From positions 1 through 41,214 of the forward strand of contig JACRKZ010000133.1 in assembly GCA_016235455.1 (NCBI GenBank): DNA of 41,214 nt. Reading direction: 5' to 3'. The DNA is from Armatimonadota bacterium (GTDB taxonomy: Bacteria > Armatimonadota > UBA10988). A program made the translations under genes and the position numbers. Under the pieces are notes generated by a model that did no database searches, was not told the DNA's origin, and worked only from the letters and a program-made list of their open reading frames with translations. Each line of letters starts with the position of its first letter. Position 1 is the stretch's first letter. Shown here in pieces: positions 8,901 through 18,200 of the stretch.

Positions 8901-11900
8901 CTACCGGCAGATGTCCGCGTAGACCTGCCTGGCCTTGGCCGTCGGGTCGTCGATCTCGAACGGCGGGCCGGCGGGCTTGGCCACGAGCCGCAACCAGACC
9001 GGCTCGCCCGCGTGGGTGACCTGCAGCTGGGAGCCGCCTGCCGGCGCGGTCCAGCGCTCGGCACGCGCCGGCAGTTGCCGCAGCGCATGCCGGTTGGCGT
9101 CCAGTACCGTGGCGCTATCACCGCCGTCGTAGCCCAGGTACTCGCCGCAGCGCACCTCGCCGGTCACGCGCAGCCGACCGTCGCCCAGAGCCAGCACCGG
9201 ATCGACCAGGGAGCGCTCGTGCTCGCGCAGGGCGGTCGGCGCCTCGACCGCGCAGGTGGCCTCGGTGCCCGGCTTGACGCCGATCAGGCCGAGCGAGACG
9301 CGGCGGATGCGGCTGTAGTCGAAGCCGAGCTTGATGGTGTGCCAGCCGTTGCGCCAGCCGAAGCGGTCGTAGTACTCGCAGCCGGGCTCGCCGCTGGGGA
9401 TCTCCACCCAGCGCCGGCCGACGAAGTCGATGGGCACCACGTACCGGCGCAGCATGTCCCACTTGCCGTCCTGCAGCTCGACGAACAGGTGCTCGCCACC
9501 GCCATCGCCGGTCACCCACAGGCCCACGCCGCGATGCGTCAGCAGGTTGAGCGGCTGCGCCGGCAACCAGTCTGCCTGCGCCGGCCCGGCGCTGTGCCGG
9601 GTGCTCAGGATCAGCACCCGATGGTCGGGCGCCGCGTTGGTGGTCGCGGCCGGCACCGGCGTGTTCGGCCCGGCTGGCGCGCCGGTGCCGCCGGTGCCCA
9701 TCAGCGCCAGGTAGTCGGCCAGCGACACCTCGCGGGCCTGCGTCGCGGCGCCCGGCTGGCCGCCCACGATGGCCGAGCCATCGACCGTGCGCAGGCTCAG
9801 CTTGGGGTCGACCCGCAGTTGGGCCAGATCGGCGGGCAGCAGCGACTGGTTGTCCGCGCCAGAGCGGTCCAGGCGCGGCAGCACGCGCAGTTCGAAGCGC
9901 AACGGTTGCGGGGCATAGGGGTTGTCCACCTGGGCCGTGCCGCCATCGGCGCGGAGCCAGCGGACCTGCGAGCGCAGCGGCGTGACCCGCCAGCGCGGGC
10001 CGTCGGTGCTCAGCCGGAAGCTCGTGTCGTAGTCGCGCAGCAGCGCACGCTGCTCGGCGCTGAAGGCATGGGCCAGGCGCGCATCCTCCCAGGCCCGCAC
10101 CAGGTCGAGGATGCGCTGGGTCTGACCGTGGCCGCGGAAGAACTCCATGGCCGTCTCGAAGAAGAAGCAGGCATCGTAGCCGGCAGCCTTGGACAGCAGC
10201 CACTCCCACTCGTCGGGTGAGGAGGCCAGTTGCGCCGGGCCGTCGAGCCGGAAGGTGAAGGCGCCCAGCGCGCCGGGCAGGAAGCTGTCGTTGGCCACGC
10301 GGCAGTTGTTGGCCAGATAGCCCTCGAAGTAGCCGCGCGGCAGCGTGTGCATCCCTTCGCCCACGTTCTGGTACGACGAGATGTGCCACTCGTACTGCGG
10401 CACGCCGCTGCTCGATTCGCAGGCCACCTGGTGGTCGAAGCCCTGGTAGGCGCGGGTCATGAAGCGGTTCATGGCCCAGCGACCGGGGTAGTCGCTCATC
10501 TCCAGCGCATCGAAGCTGATGCGCGCCAGCCGCGCCTCGTTGACCAGCCTGGCCAAGGCGTCGGCGGTCTCCTCGAACAGCGGCGTGTCCACATCGGGCG
10601 TGAAGCACGAGCCGTAGCTGACCAGCAGGCCCTTGACCGGCGCGGCGGCGTCATGCGCGGCGGCCGCGCTGCCATTGGCGCCGCGCCGGCAGTCGACCAG
10701 TCGCCAGGTGGGCGTGTCGGTAGCCTCGAACCGCCCGACCTGCACCACCTCGTCGCCGATCTGCAGCCACTGGCCGTTCCAGGTGCGGTTGTAGACCGGC
10801 GGCCGCGTGCCGTGGATCTGGTCGGGGTCGATGACCGGCACCTGCACGCCGGGATCCGGCCGGAACGACAGCGTCGTGTCCTGCGCACCGACGGCCTGCG
10901 CCAACCGGCCGCTGCCCCAGCCGGCCAACTGCGGATGCGGCTTGGGGCTACCATAGACCGGATCGCGCATGAACAGCCCGGCGCTGCCGGTGTGGATGCC
11001 CAGCAGAATGCCCTGCGCGCGCAGCCGGTCGGAGAAGGCCCGCAGGTCGGCCACCCCGCCGGGCCACATATCGCGCTTGACCTGATAGAGGCCCGGCCCC
11101 TGCCACAGGTACTGCGGCAGGTAGAACAGGCGCATGTTGGCCTGCTTGAGGTAACCCAACGCCTCCTCGGTCTCGCGTGGGTCGTTCGGGCGGAAGACGA
11201 ACCACATCTGCGACAGGCGCGAGACACCGTTCTCGACTTTGGCCCACTGGCCGTGGTGCATGGGATGCGGCAGGCCCTCGGCCACCTCCAGCGCGCCGAT
11301 GGCAGCCAGTGTGTCGGGCGCGGGGCAGACGAACAGCGCGAACCCGCCCAGCGGATCGGCCTTCGACCGCCGCCAGAGATAGGGCCACGACGCGCTCAGC
11401 CGCGAGCCCCGGCCGTCGCCATCGACCGCGGCCCAGGTCATCCAGTCGAGCCCCATCACGCCGGCCGACACGTCGCTGCCACGCACCGTGCCGATAGGCC
11501 CCGCGCAGATGCCGCTGACCGCGGTGCGCAATTCGAACGCCAGTCGCACGGTCTCCTCGGCGGGGAATCCCTTGAGCTCGACGATGCGCAGCGCCAGATG
11601 GCGCTGGCTGGGCCGAACGGCCAGCGTCACCACGCGGGCGCCGTCCTCGCTGGCCACCAGCAGCCGGTCACCGGCCGCCGACACGCGCGGCAGTCGCACG
11701 GGCTGATCGGCCGGCGTGCCCCGGCGGTTCATCGGCTGCACGGTGAAGCCCGCGCCGAGCCGCGCGGTGTCGGCCAGTTCGCGGCCCTGCCAGCGCAGCG
11801 AGGCCGGCCGGCCGTCGGCGTCGAAGGCCAGTTCGAAGGTCGGTGTCGCCAGGCGCACGGGCTCGGCGGAGACGGCCAGGGCGGTGAGCAGGAGCAGTGG

Positions 11901-11927
11901 CAGCATGGGTGGCCTCGGTGGTGGCAT
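8901..11927 (-). CDS. Large secreted glycoside-hydrolase-like protein (unclassified TIM barrel plus CBM11-like segment); start may be ATG 11906
   Basis: Signal peptide MLPLLLLTALAVSA. WPGGVADLRAFSDRLRAQGILLGIH and RISFDALE resemble clan-D/GH101-type barrels. GVGLWVTGDGGG...YVVPIDFVGRRWVEIP resembles CBM11/CIA30. Confidence 0.65.
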   Translation of the reverse strand: MPPPRPPMLPLLLLTALAVSAEPVRLATPTFELAFDADGRPASLRWQGRELADTARLGAGFTVQPMNRRGTPADQPVRLPRVSAAGDRLLVASEDGARVVTLAVRPSQRHLALRIVELKGFPAEETVRLAFELRTAVSGICAGPIGTVRGSDVSAGVMGLDWMTWAAVDGDGRGSRLSASWPYLWRRSKADPLGGFALFVCPAPDTLAAIGALEVAEGLPHPMHHGQWAKVENGVSRLSQMWFVFRPNDPRETEEALGYLKQANMRLFYLPQYLWQGPGLYQVKRDMWPGGVADLRAFSDRLRAQGILLGIHTGSAGLFMRDPVYGSPKPHPQLAGWGSGRLAQAVGAQDTTLSFRPDPGVQVPVIDPDQIHGTRPPVYNRTWNGQWLQIGDEVVQVGRFEATDTPTWRLVDCRRGANGSAAAAHDAAAPVKGLLVSYGSCFTPDVDTPLFEETADALARLVNEARLARISFDALEMSDYPGRWAMNRFMTRAYQGFDHQVACESSSGVPQYEWHISSYQNVGEGMHTLPRGYFEGYLANNCRVANDSFLPGALGAFTFRLDGPAQLASSPDEWEWLLSKAAGYDACFFFETAMEFFRGHGQTQRILDLVRAWEDARLAHAFSAEQRALLRDYDTSFRLSTDGPRWRVTPLRSQVRWLRADGGTAQVDNPYAPQPLRFELRVLPRLDRSGADNQSLLPADLAQLRVDPKLSLRTVDGSAIVGGQPGAATQAREVSLADYLALMGTGGTGAPAGPNTPVPAATTNAAPDHRVLILSTRHSAGPAQADWLPAQPLNLLTHRGVGLWVTGDGGGEHLFVELQDGKWDMLRRYVVPIDFVGRRWVEIPSGEPGCEYYDRFGWRNGWHTIKLGFDYSRIRRVSLGLIGVKPGTEATCAVEAPTALREHERSLVDPVLALGDGRLRVTGEVRCGEYLGYDGGDSATVLDANRHALRQLPARAERWTAPAGGSQLQVTHAGEPVWLRLVAKPAGPPFEIDDPTAKARQVYADICR

Positions 11928-12294
11928 TCGACGAGGCGAGTGGGTTACCTGCGGGGCCTACTCCCAGCCCTCGCCGATCGGTGGCGGCGCACGGCGATGC
12001 CGGCGCCGGTCCGCGCTGCACCAACGCTCATCATCGCCCAGAAGCGCGACCGTGGTTGGGCGAGGCGTCGTTCCGCGCTGTCCGGCCTCGACGCACATGG
12101 CCCTTCCATGGGCCGGTCAGCGCAGCTCGTGCCGGTACGCCAATCTCCAGACTGGCATCAGCCGGAGGCGGAGCCGCAGGTCGACATCGCGGCCGACTGC
12201 CGGCAAACGGTGGTCCAGCCGGCCACTGCCAATCCGGACGCGTCACCGTAGCCGACGGTTCCGTTGGTGCAACGGCGCCACACTCGGTGCCGCG

Positions 12295-12313
12295 CGGGAG
12301 CGCGGCGCTCCCG
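12295..12313. repeat. Short palindrome CGGGAGCG-CGG-CGCTCCCG downstream of the GH2 gene
   Basis: 8-bp perfect stem, 23 nt past the GH2 stop; terminator- or REP-like. Confidence 0.35.
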
Positions 12314-12336
12314 GCGCAAGCCGTGCGCTCAGCCGC

Positions 12337-15300
12337 CTATTCCATCCCCACCCGCTTCCGCACCTCCGCCCAGTCCGCCGGCAGCGGCGCCAACTCGCCT
12401 TGTGCGTGCGCCATAGCATCGCTGATCAGGTTGCGCAGCAGCCGCTCGGCCGCGGGATGGCGGCCCAGGTGCTCCCTGATGCGCAGCGTGTTGACCACGA
12501 ACCGGCCGGCGCCGAGGCGATGCACCACCAGCGACAGGCCCGACTGGTAGTCCTGCGAGGCCTTGATGGCGCCCGCGACGGCCTCGGCCGGCGGCTCCTG
12601 GCCACAGAGCAGCAGGTCGGGGATAAGCTCGCGCCAGTAGCCGTAGTCCATCAGCCCGCCCGCGGGCAGGCCGTCGAGCAGCGGGTGTGACCTGGTCCAC
12701 TCGTCACGTAGATACAGCCAGCCGTAGACATCCACCAGCGCGCCCTTCTGGGCCAGGGGCAGCCAGCGCAGCGTCTGGTCGCCCTCGGCCAGCGCGGAGG
12801 CGTCGAGGTAGACCACGCTGCTGCCGCGCGCGATGCGTTCGGCCAGGCCACGGTAGACCGCGCCGGCATCGCCCTGAGGCCGGCCGAAGACGACGATGGC
12901 CTCGCGACCCTCCGGTGGCTTGGCCGCGTCGAAGGCGTGGCTGCGGATGCCGCGCTCGGCCAGCCAGCGGCCGAGCGAGCCGTCGTCGCCCACCAGCGCC
13001 ACGTCACCCGCCACGGCCGGCATGGTGGCCGGGTCAGTGACGTCGAACTCGGCCACGCCACCTGCCGCCGCCGCGCCGCGCTCGAAGGTCGCGGTGAAGC
13101 GGTAGCGCCCGGCCGGGCCGTCGATCTTGACCTGCTCGTCGAAGCACGGGATGGCCAGCGGCGGATCGATACCGTCCCGTGGGGCCGGTATCGCTATGGT
13201 GATCTCCCGGTCCATCACCGGCCGGCCATCGGGGCCGACCACTTGCAGCCGCACCGGGTAGTCGCCGGGCGCCAGGGCATCCTCGTTGGCCAGCACGGCT
13301 TCGAGCCGCAGGCTGCCGCCGCGGTAGGCATGGCCCGGCTCGGCGAACAGGCACCAGCGCAGCGGATACCAGGCGTCGAACAGCGCATCGACGGTGCCCG
13401 GCTTGAGCTCGCGGAACAGCGTGGTCAGGCCTTCGCCGCACCACACATGGTCGATGGCGCCGGTCAGGCTATGGCCGACGATGTGGGCGTTGGAGCGGAT
13501 GGCGTTGAGCCCCAGCGTGCGCTGCCCGGCCATCTTGCGCAGGCTGACGGCGAAGAAGTCCTCGGGCCGCGGGAAGATCTCGTCCAGATGCCAGGCGCGG
13601 TAGTCGGTCAGGAACTGGTCGAGCTTGGCGCGGAGGAACTGCGCGTCCTCGCCCTCGGTGGCGCCGATCTGCTCGAAGTGCCGCACCGCGCGCCACAGGT
13701 CCACCGCGCTGCCGATGCCGTACTCGGAAAGGAAGACCGGCTGGTCACCGGCCGCCAGCCCGCGCAGTTGGTCGATGACCGCCGCCGAGTGCGGCACGCG
13801 CGGGTAGACGTGACGGTCGCTGACGATGTCCTGCCAGGCGGTTTGGCCGGGGTTGCACGCGCTGCCGATGATGCCGGCCGACGCGCCTCCGCCATACGGC
13901 TCGAAGGTGGCCACGTCGGGCCTGGCGCCGGGCTTGAGCTGGCCGTAGGTCCAGGGGCCGTTGGGGTTGGTCGCGGTGTCGAACTCGGCCGTGGCATCGT
14001 AGGTCTTGCCGCCGGCATAGGCGAAGGTGGCGGCCAGGCCTGTCGTGTCGCCACCGTAGCCGCCGATGCCAAACCCGACGACCAGGTCGACGCGATCGCC
14101 GGCGGCAAGCGTCAGGTCGGCCGCGTGGCGCGCCTCGTTGCCGCCGCCGTCGACGTTGACGCCGCCATCCCAGACCGCGCGGCCGTTGTGCAGCACATGC
14201 ACATCGGTCGTGGCGCGCTGGGCCAGGCCAGTGAAGACCGCTTCGAGCTTGACCGTGCCGGCCGTCGGTGCGACAAAGCGCACCACGCTGTATTCACCCA
14301 GCGGGCCAGGATGTGCGGCCAGATGCCCGGCGGGCCAGGTGATGGCCAGCGCGCGGATGACGTCGCGGGTGATGTTGCGGCCGACCCACGGCTCAGTGGG
14401 GCTCTCCCTGGGCCAGATCTTCAGGCCGGAGACCTGGGCGATGGCGCTCATGCCGACGTTGTCGTAGCGGCCGCTGTTGAGGAAGACCATGCGCGTGTCG
14501 TCGAGCCGATGGACCAGCGGCAGCATGGCCACCGCCTGGCGGAAGGCCGGCGCGTCGGTGGCTTCGTTGAGCAGACCCCAGATGACCACGCTGGGGTGCT
14601 GGCGGTCGCGCACGATGAGTTCGCTTTGGGCGGCGTCGAAGCGCCGGGCCATGTCCGGGCTCGGGTTCAGCGGCGCCGACGCGTGCGACTCCTGGTAGAC
14701 CATCAGCCCGATCTCGTCGCAGTAGTCGAGCTGCTCGGGCGTGGCGGCGCCCCAGATGAAGCGCACCATGTTGAAGCCCATGGCCTTGAGGTTGAGCAGG
14801 TCACGCCGCGTCAGGTCCGGGTCGCGCGGCAGTTGCAGGCCCACGGGGTAGTGGTTGCAGGTGTGCGTCGAGCGCAGGTAGACGCGCTTGCCATTGAGCC
14901 GGAAGTAACCACGCTCAAGGCGGAAGTCGCGGAAGCCAAAGCGCGTCGACCGCTCATCGGCCGCGCCGCCCGAGGTCAGCCTGGCCGTGGCGCGATATAG
15001 CGTGGGGTCATTGATCTGCCACAGCCGCGGCTGGTTCAGAGTCAGATCGACCGTCACCTTATTACCACCGGGCCGCAGCGTGGTCTCGACGCGGCCGGTG
15101 ACGAGCGTCTGGCCACTGGCGGCCGGCGCCAGAGCCAGCTCCAGCGTGGCCGCCGCCGGTTGAGCGCCGGTGTGCTGCACGGTCATCTCGGCGTGGACCC
15201 GGCCCACGCCGTCGACGACCTTCGGCACCAGGTGCACATCGTCAATGCGCGCGGCAGGCGCGGTGCGCAGCGACACAGGCGCCGCCAGCCCGCCGGAGTT

Positions 15301-15804
15301 GAAGGCCGCGCCGGCGTTGAACGGGATGACCTTGCAGCGCCGCGCGGTCTCCAGCAGCTTCATGCCGTCGATGCCTTCGTTGGTCGGGTTGATCACCCGT
15401 ACCGCGAGCCGATTGGCGGCGCCGGGCCGTATGGCGGCGGTGGCATCGAGTTCGAACGGCGTCTCGCCGCCCTCGTGGCTGCCGACGCGCTGGCCGTTGA
15501 CCCACACCTCGGCGAAGTAGTCGACCGCCTCGAAGCGCAGCAGATGGCGCCCGTCGGCCCAGGGCAGCGCGGCGGGTGTGAACTCGCGGTAGTACCAGAC
15601 GGCGCCGTGGTAGCCGGGGTAGACCTCCTGGATGATGCCCGGCACCGGCGCGGGCTTGGCGTCGGGCCGCGGCGCTTCGAACCACTTCTGCTCGCGGCCC
15701 TCATTGCGTGGGTCGAGCGCGAGTTGCCAGGTGCCGTCGAGCGACATGACCGTGTCGGCGCCGATGGCGGCAGTGGCCAGGGCGAAGGTGAGCAGGAACA
15801 TCAT
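12337..15804 (-). CDS. Glycoside hydrolase family 2 (secreted) with an inserted beta-sandwich domain
   Basis: Start MMFLLTFAL at 15804 (GGGGAG RBS). Motifs SLDGTW, GAVWYYREF, LRFEAVDYFAEVWVNG..HEGGETPF, FGFRDF, LKAMGFNMVR, DRQHPSVVIWGLLNE (acid/base) and FLSEYG (nucleophile). Confidence 0.92.
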   Translation of the reverse strand: MMFLLTFALATAAIGADTVMSLDGTWQLALDPRNEGREQKWFEAPRPDAKPAPVPGIIQEVYPGYHGAVWYYREFTPAALPWADGRHLLRFEAVDYFAEVWVNGQRVGSHEGGETPFELDATAAIRPGAANRLAVRVINPTNEGIDGMKLLETARRCKVIPFNAGAAFNSGGLAAPVSLRTAPAARIDDVHLVPKVVDGVGRVHAEMTVQHTGAQPAAATLELALAPAASGQTLVTGRVETTLRPGGNKVTVDLTLNQPRLWQINDPTLYRATARLTSGGAADERSTRFGFRDFRLERGYFRLNGKRVYLRSTHTCNHYPVGLQLPRDPDLTRRDLLNLKAMGFNMVRFIWGAATPEQLDYCDEIGLMVYQESHASAPLNPSPDMARRFDAAQSELIVRDRQHPSVVIWGLLNEATDAPAFRQAVAMLPLVHRLDDTRMVFLNSGRYDNVGMSAIAQVSGLKIWPRESPTEPWVGRNITRDVIRALAITWPAGHLAAHPGPLGEYSVVRFVAPTAGTVKLEAVFTGLAQRATTDVHVLHNGRAVWDGGVNVDGGGNEARHAADLTLAAGDRVDLVVGFGIGGYGGDTTGLAATFAYAGGKTYDATAEFDTATNPNGPWTYGQLKPGARPDVATFEPYGGGASAGIIGSACNPGQTAWQDIVSDRHVYPRVPHSAAVIDQLRGLAAGDQPVFLSEYGIGSAVDLWRAVRHFEQIGATEGEDAQFLRAKLDQFLTDYRAWHLDEIFPRPEDFFAVSLRKMAGQRTLGLNAIRSNAHIVGHSLTGAIDHVWCGEGLTTLFRELKPGTVDALFDAWYPLRWCLFAEPGHAYRGGSLRLEAVLANEDALAPGDYPVRLQVVGPDGRPVMDREITIAIPAPRDGIDPPLAIPCFDEQVKIDGPAGRYRFTATFERGAAAAGGVAEFDVTDPATMPAVAGDVALVGDDGSLGRWLAERGIRSHAFDAAKPPEGREAIVVFGRPQGDAGAVYRGLAERIARGSSVVYLDASALAEGDQTLRWLPLAQKGALVDVYGWLYLRDEWTRSHPLLDGLPAGGLMDYGYWRELIPDLLLCGQEPPAEAVAGAIKASQDYQSGLSLVVHRLGAGRFVVNTLRIREHLGRHPAAERLLRNLISDAMAHAQGELAPLPADWAEVRKRVGME

Positions 15805-15911
15805 GCGGTCTCCCCGTGGTACGGCGGCGTGTTCGCAGGCGGACTCGGGCCTCCTCCGCGCAGGTAGGGCAATCCGCGCGGCGAACTGGCTGACGACTGG
15901 ACCAACACACC

Positions 15912-18077
15912 ATGACAGGGGCAAACACACTCATGGCCTCGCTACTCCTCGCCGGGATGGCCGCCGCCGCGCCGCCGCCCGTCATCGGCGCCTGGTTCTG
16001 GACCGACCCCCTGCTCGACGGCGAGGCCTACCGCCCGTTCCTCGATGCCGCCGCCGCGCACTCGCCGTATTCACTGCTGACCACCAGCCTGCGCACCGGG
16101 CGCGGCGAGATCACCGACGTGGCCTTCCACGACCAGATCGGCCGGGCCGTGCGCTATGCCGCGGAGCGCCGGCTCAAGGTAGCCTTCGACCTCGACGTAC
16201 GCTTGGCGCGGCGCGCCTTCCAGGCCCGCTACCCCGACGAGATGCAGGAGGAACTGGTCCTGAAGACCGTGCCGCTGCCGGCCGAGGGCACCGTGTCGGT
16301 GGTCATCGAGGGCCAGGACCTGTCCGACCACATGACCGGCGGCACCATCCCCTATCGCGTGCTGGCGACGCGCCTGGAGCGGGTCTACGCCTACCGGCGC
16401 GGCGCCGACGGCATCGATCCGGCCACGGTGCGAGAGATCACCGCGCCGGCCCAGGTCGACGCCCCACGCCGCCTGACCGTGACGCTGCCCGCGGGCGCCG
16501 GTCAGGAGGCCTGTGTCATCGCGACGCACACCTACCTAACGCCCGACGTCTTCGCGCCACACCTCCTGGCCTTCCAGCGCGAGATCGTGCGGCAGTACGC
16601 CGACGTGCCGCTGTCCGGCGTCATGAAGGACGAATGGGGCCATCCGCCGGACCACTCGGGTAACCCGGCGCACGATCGCTACTGGTTCTCCAAGCCGCAC
16701 GCCGCGGCCTATGCCCAGCGACTGCCGGGCGGGGACCTGGTGCGCGACAGCCTGCTGATGTACGTCGGCGAGGTGGGCCGCTCCGCCGAACGGTCCGCCG
16801 CCGTCGATGCCTATCGCGCGCTCTGCCTGGAGCGCAACGCGGCCATCGAGGAGGACTACTACGCGGCCGGCAAAGCCACCTTCGGCCCAGACTGCTTCGT
16901 GGGCACGCACGCCACATGGGTGCCCTACCCCGGCGCGCAGGAGATGCGCAAGCAGGGGCTCGACTGGTGGCATGCGCGGCGCGACATCGGCCAGAGCGAC
17001 GAGACCACGCCGTATGCCTGCCGCACCTCGTTGGCCAAGCGCTGGGGCTACCCCATCTGGTTCAACCAGTACTACTCGCCCCGGCCCGAAGCCTACCAGC
17101 ACGAGCTGTGGGCCAACGCCCTGGCCGGTGGCCGAGTTAACTTCCATCCGCTCTATCCACGCGACGATCTCGGTCTGGACCAGGCGCATCTGGCCCTGCT
17201 CCGGCTGCCGCTGATGCGCGGGCTCAGCCGGCTGCGCCTGCTGGACCACATCACCGCCGCGCCGCTGGACTGCCCGGTGGCGGTCGTCTTCGGCCATGGG
17301 AGCGCGATGAACTGGACCTCGCCGAGCTACAACGACGTCGGGCTCGATATCGTGTCTGGCCTGGCGCGCGCCGGCTGGCCGGCCGACCTCGTGCCGTCGA
17401 GCATGGTCGCGGCCAAGGCGCTGCGGCTGGACGGCGAGGGCTATGTCTGCCTCGGGCCACAGCGCTACCGCGCGGTGGTGCTGCACCAGCCCGACCCGGG
17501 CGACCAGGCGGCTCTGGGCTTCTTCGCCCAAGCGGCCGCTGGGCCAACGGCGGTGTTCGTGGTAGGCGACCAGCGCATTCCGCGCGCTGGGGCCTGCGCG
17601 GACGGCGCGGCCTGCGTCGACGCGGTCAAGGCCAAACTCGCCCAAGCTGGGGTACCCACCGTGACTGGCTGGTCGGTGGAGGTGCCGGCCTGGGGCCACG
17701 TGGGCACGCAGGCCGCGCCGCCGGCCGACGGGCATAGCCGCCTCACCGACGGCACCTGGCTGCGCATCGCCGGGGCCAAGGATGCCGCAGGCGACCCGAT
17801 CCAGGAGACGATCCAACTCGGCGGCAAGACCATCGAGGTCGACGCCGAAGGGCTGTTCGCCATCCGCCTGGACGGCGATGCCGTGGCGGCGGTGGCGGCC
17901 GGCGGGCTGAAACGCCTGGTCGTCGGCGATCTGAAGGTCGAGCTGCCACAGCGCGCCGATGTGGCCTGGAACGCGCTGAGCGGGCTGCTGATCGGCTGGG
18001 ATGGCGACGTGCCGCCGGAACTCGCTCGGCTGGCGCCCATGTGGGCACGACTGGCCGAGCCGCCGCGGCTGCCGTGA
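15912..18077 (+). CDS. Secreted hypothetical protein, probable glycoside-hydrolase-like barrel; start may be ATG 15933
   Basis: Signal peptide MASLLLAGMAAAA. Aromatic-rich with acidic motifs GVMKDEWG and DIGQSDE. PVAVVFGH C-terminal segment resembles GH42-type trimerisation domains. Divergent from the GH2. Confidence 0.65.
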   Translation: MTGANTLMASLLLAGMAAAAPPPVIGAWFWTDPLLDGEAYRPFLDAAAAHSPYSLLTTSLRTGRGEITDVAFHDQIGRAVRYAAERRLKVAFDLDVRLARRAFQARYPDEMQEELVLKTVPLPAEGTVSVVIEGQDLSDHMTGGTIPYRVLATRLERVYAYRRGADGIDPATVREITAPAQVDAPRRLTVTLPAGAGQEACVIATHTYLTPDVFAPHLLAFQREIVRQYADVPLSGVMKDEWGHPPDHSGNPAHDRYWFSKPHAAAYAQRLPGGDLVRDSLLMYVGEVGRSAERSAAVDAYRALCLERNAAIEEDYYAAGKATFGPDCFVGTHATWVPYPGAQEMRKQGLDWWHARRDIGQSDETTPYACRTSLAKRWGYPIWFNQYYSPRPEAYQHELWANALAGGRVNFHPLYPRDDLGLDQAHLALLRLPLMRGLSRLRLLDHITAAPLDCPVAVVFGHGSAMNWTSPSYNDVGLDIVSGLARAGWPADLVPSSMVAAKALRLDGEGYVCLGPQRYRAVVLHQPDPGDQAALGFFAQAAAGPTAVFVVGDQRIPRAGACADGAACVDAVKAKLAQAGVPTVTGWSVEVPAWGHVGTQAAPPADGHSRLTDGTWLRIAGAKDAAGDPIQETIQLGGKTIEVDAEGLFAIRLDGDAVAAVAAGGLKRLVVGDLKVELPQRADVAWNALSGLLIGWDGDVPPELARLAPMWARLAEPPRLP

Positions 18078-18115
18078 GGCCCACGTGGCGCCTTCATGCT
18101 GAACTGCCCTGAAGG

Positions 18116-18180
18116 TCCACAGATGACGCAGACAACACAGATAGGCAGACTGGCCATCTGTGCAATCTGTGGATCTCTGG
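18116..18180. repeat. Inverted array of ~9-bp units (CACAGAT-type) between convergent genes
   Basis: CCACAGATG-ACGCAGACA-ACACAGATA...ATCTGTGCA-ATCTGTGGA-TCTCTGG; AT-richer than the flanks. Confidence 0.75.
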
Positions 18181-18200
18181 CCGATCACGAAACTACGGTA

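Noticed and set aside
12207-12232. 12-nt match (ACGGTGGTCCAG) to the reverse strand at the tfoX junction as a possible inversion partner site
   Set aside because: Short and GC-rich, so plausible by chance; the missing 5' gene ends are not found beside it.
18116-18180. CRISPR array
   Set aside because: Units are 9 bp, inverted, without spacers; no cas genes in the window.
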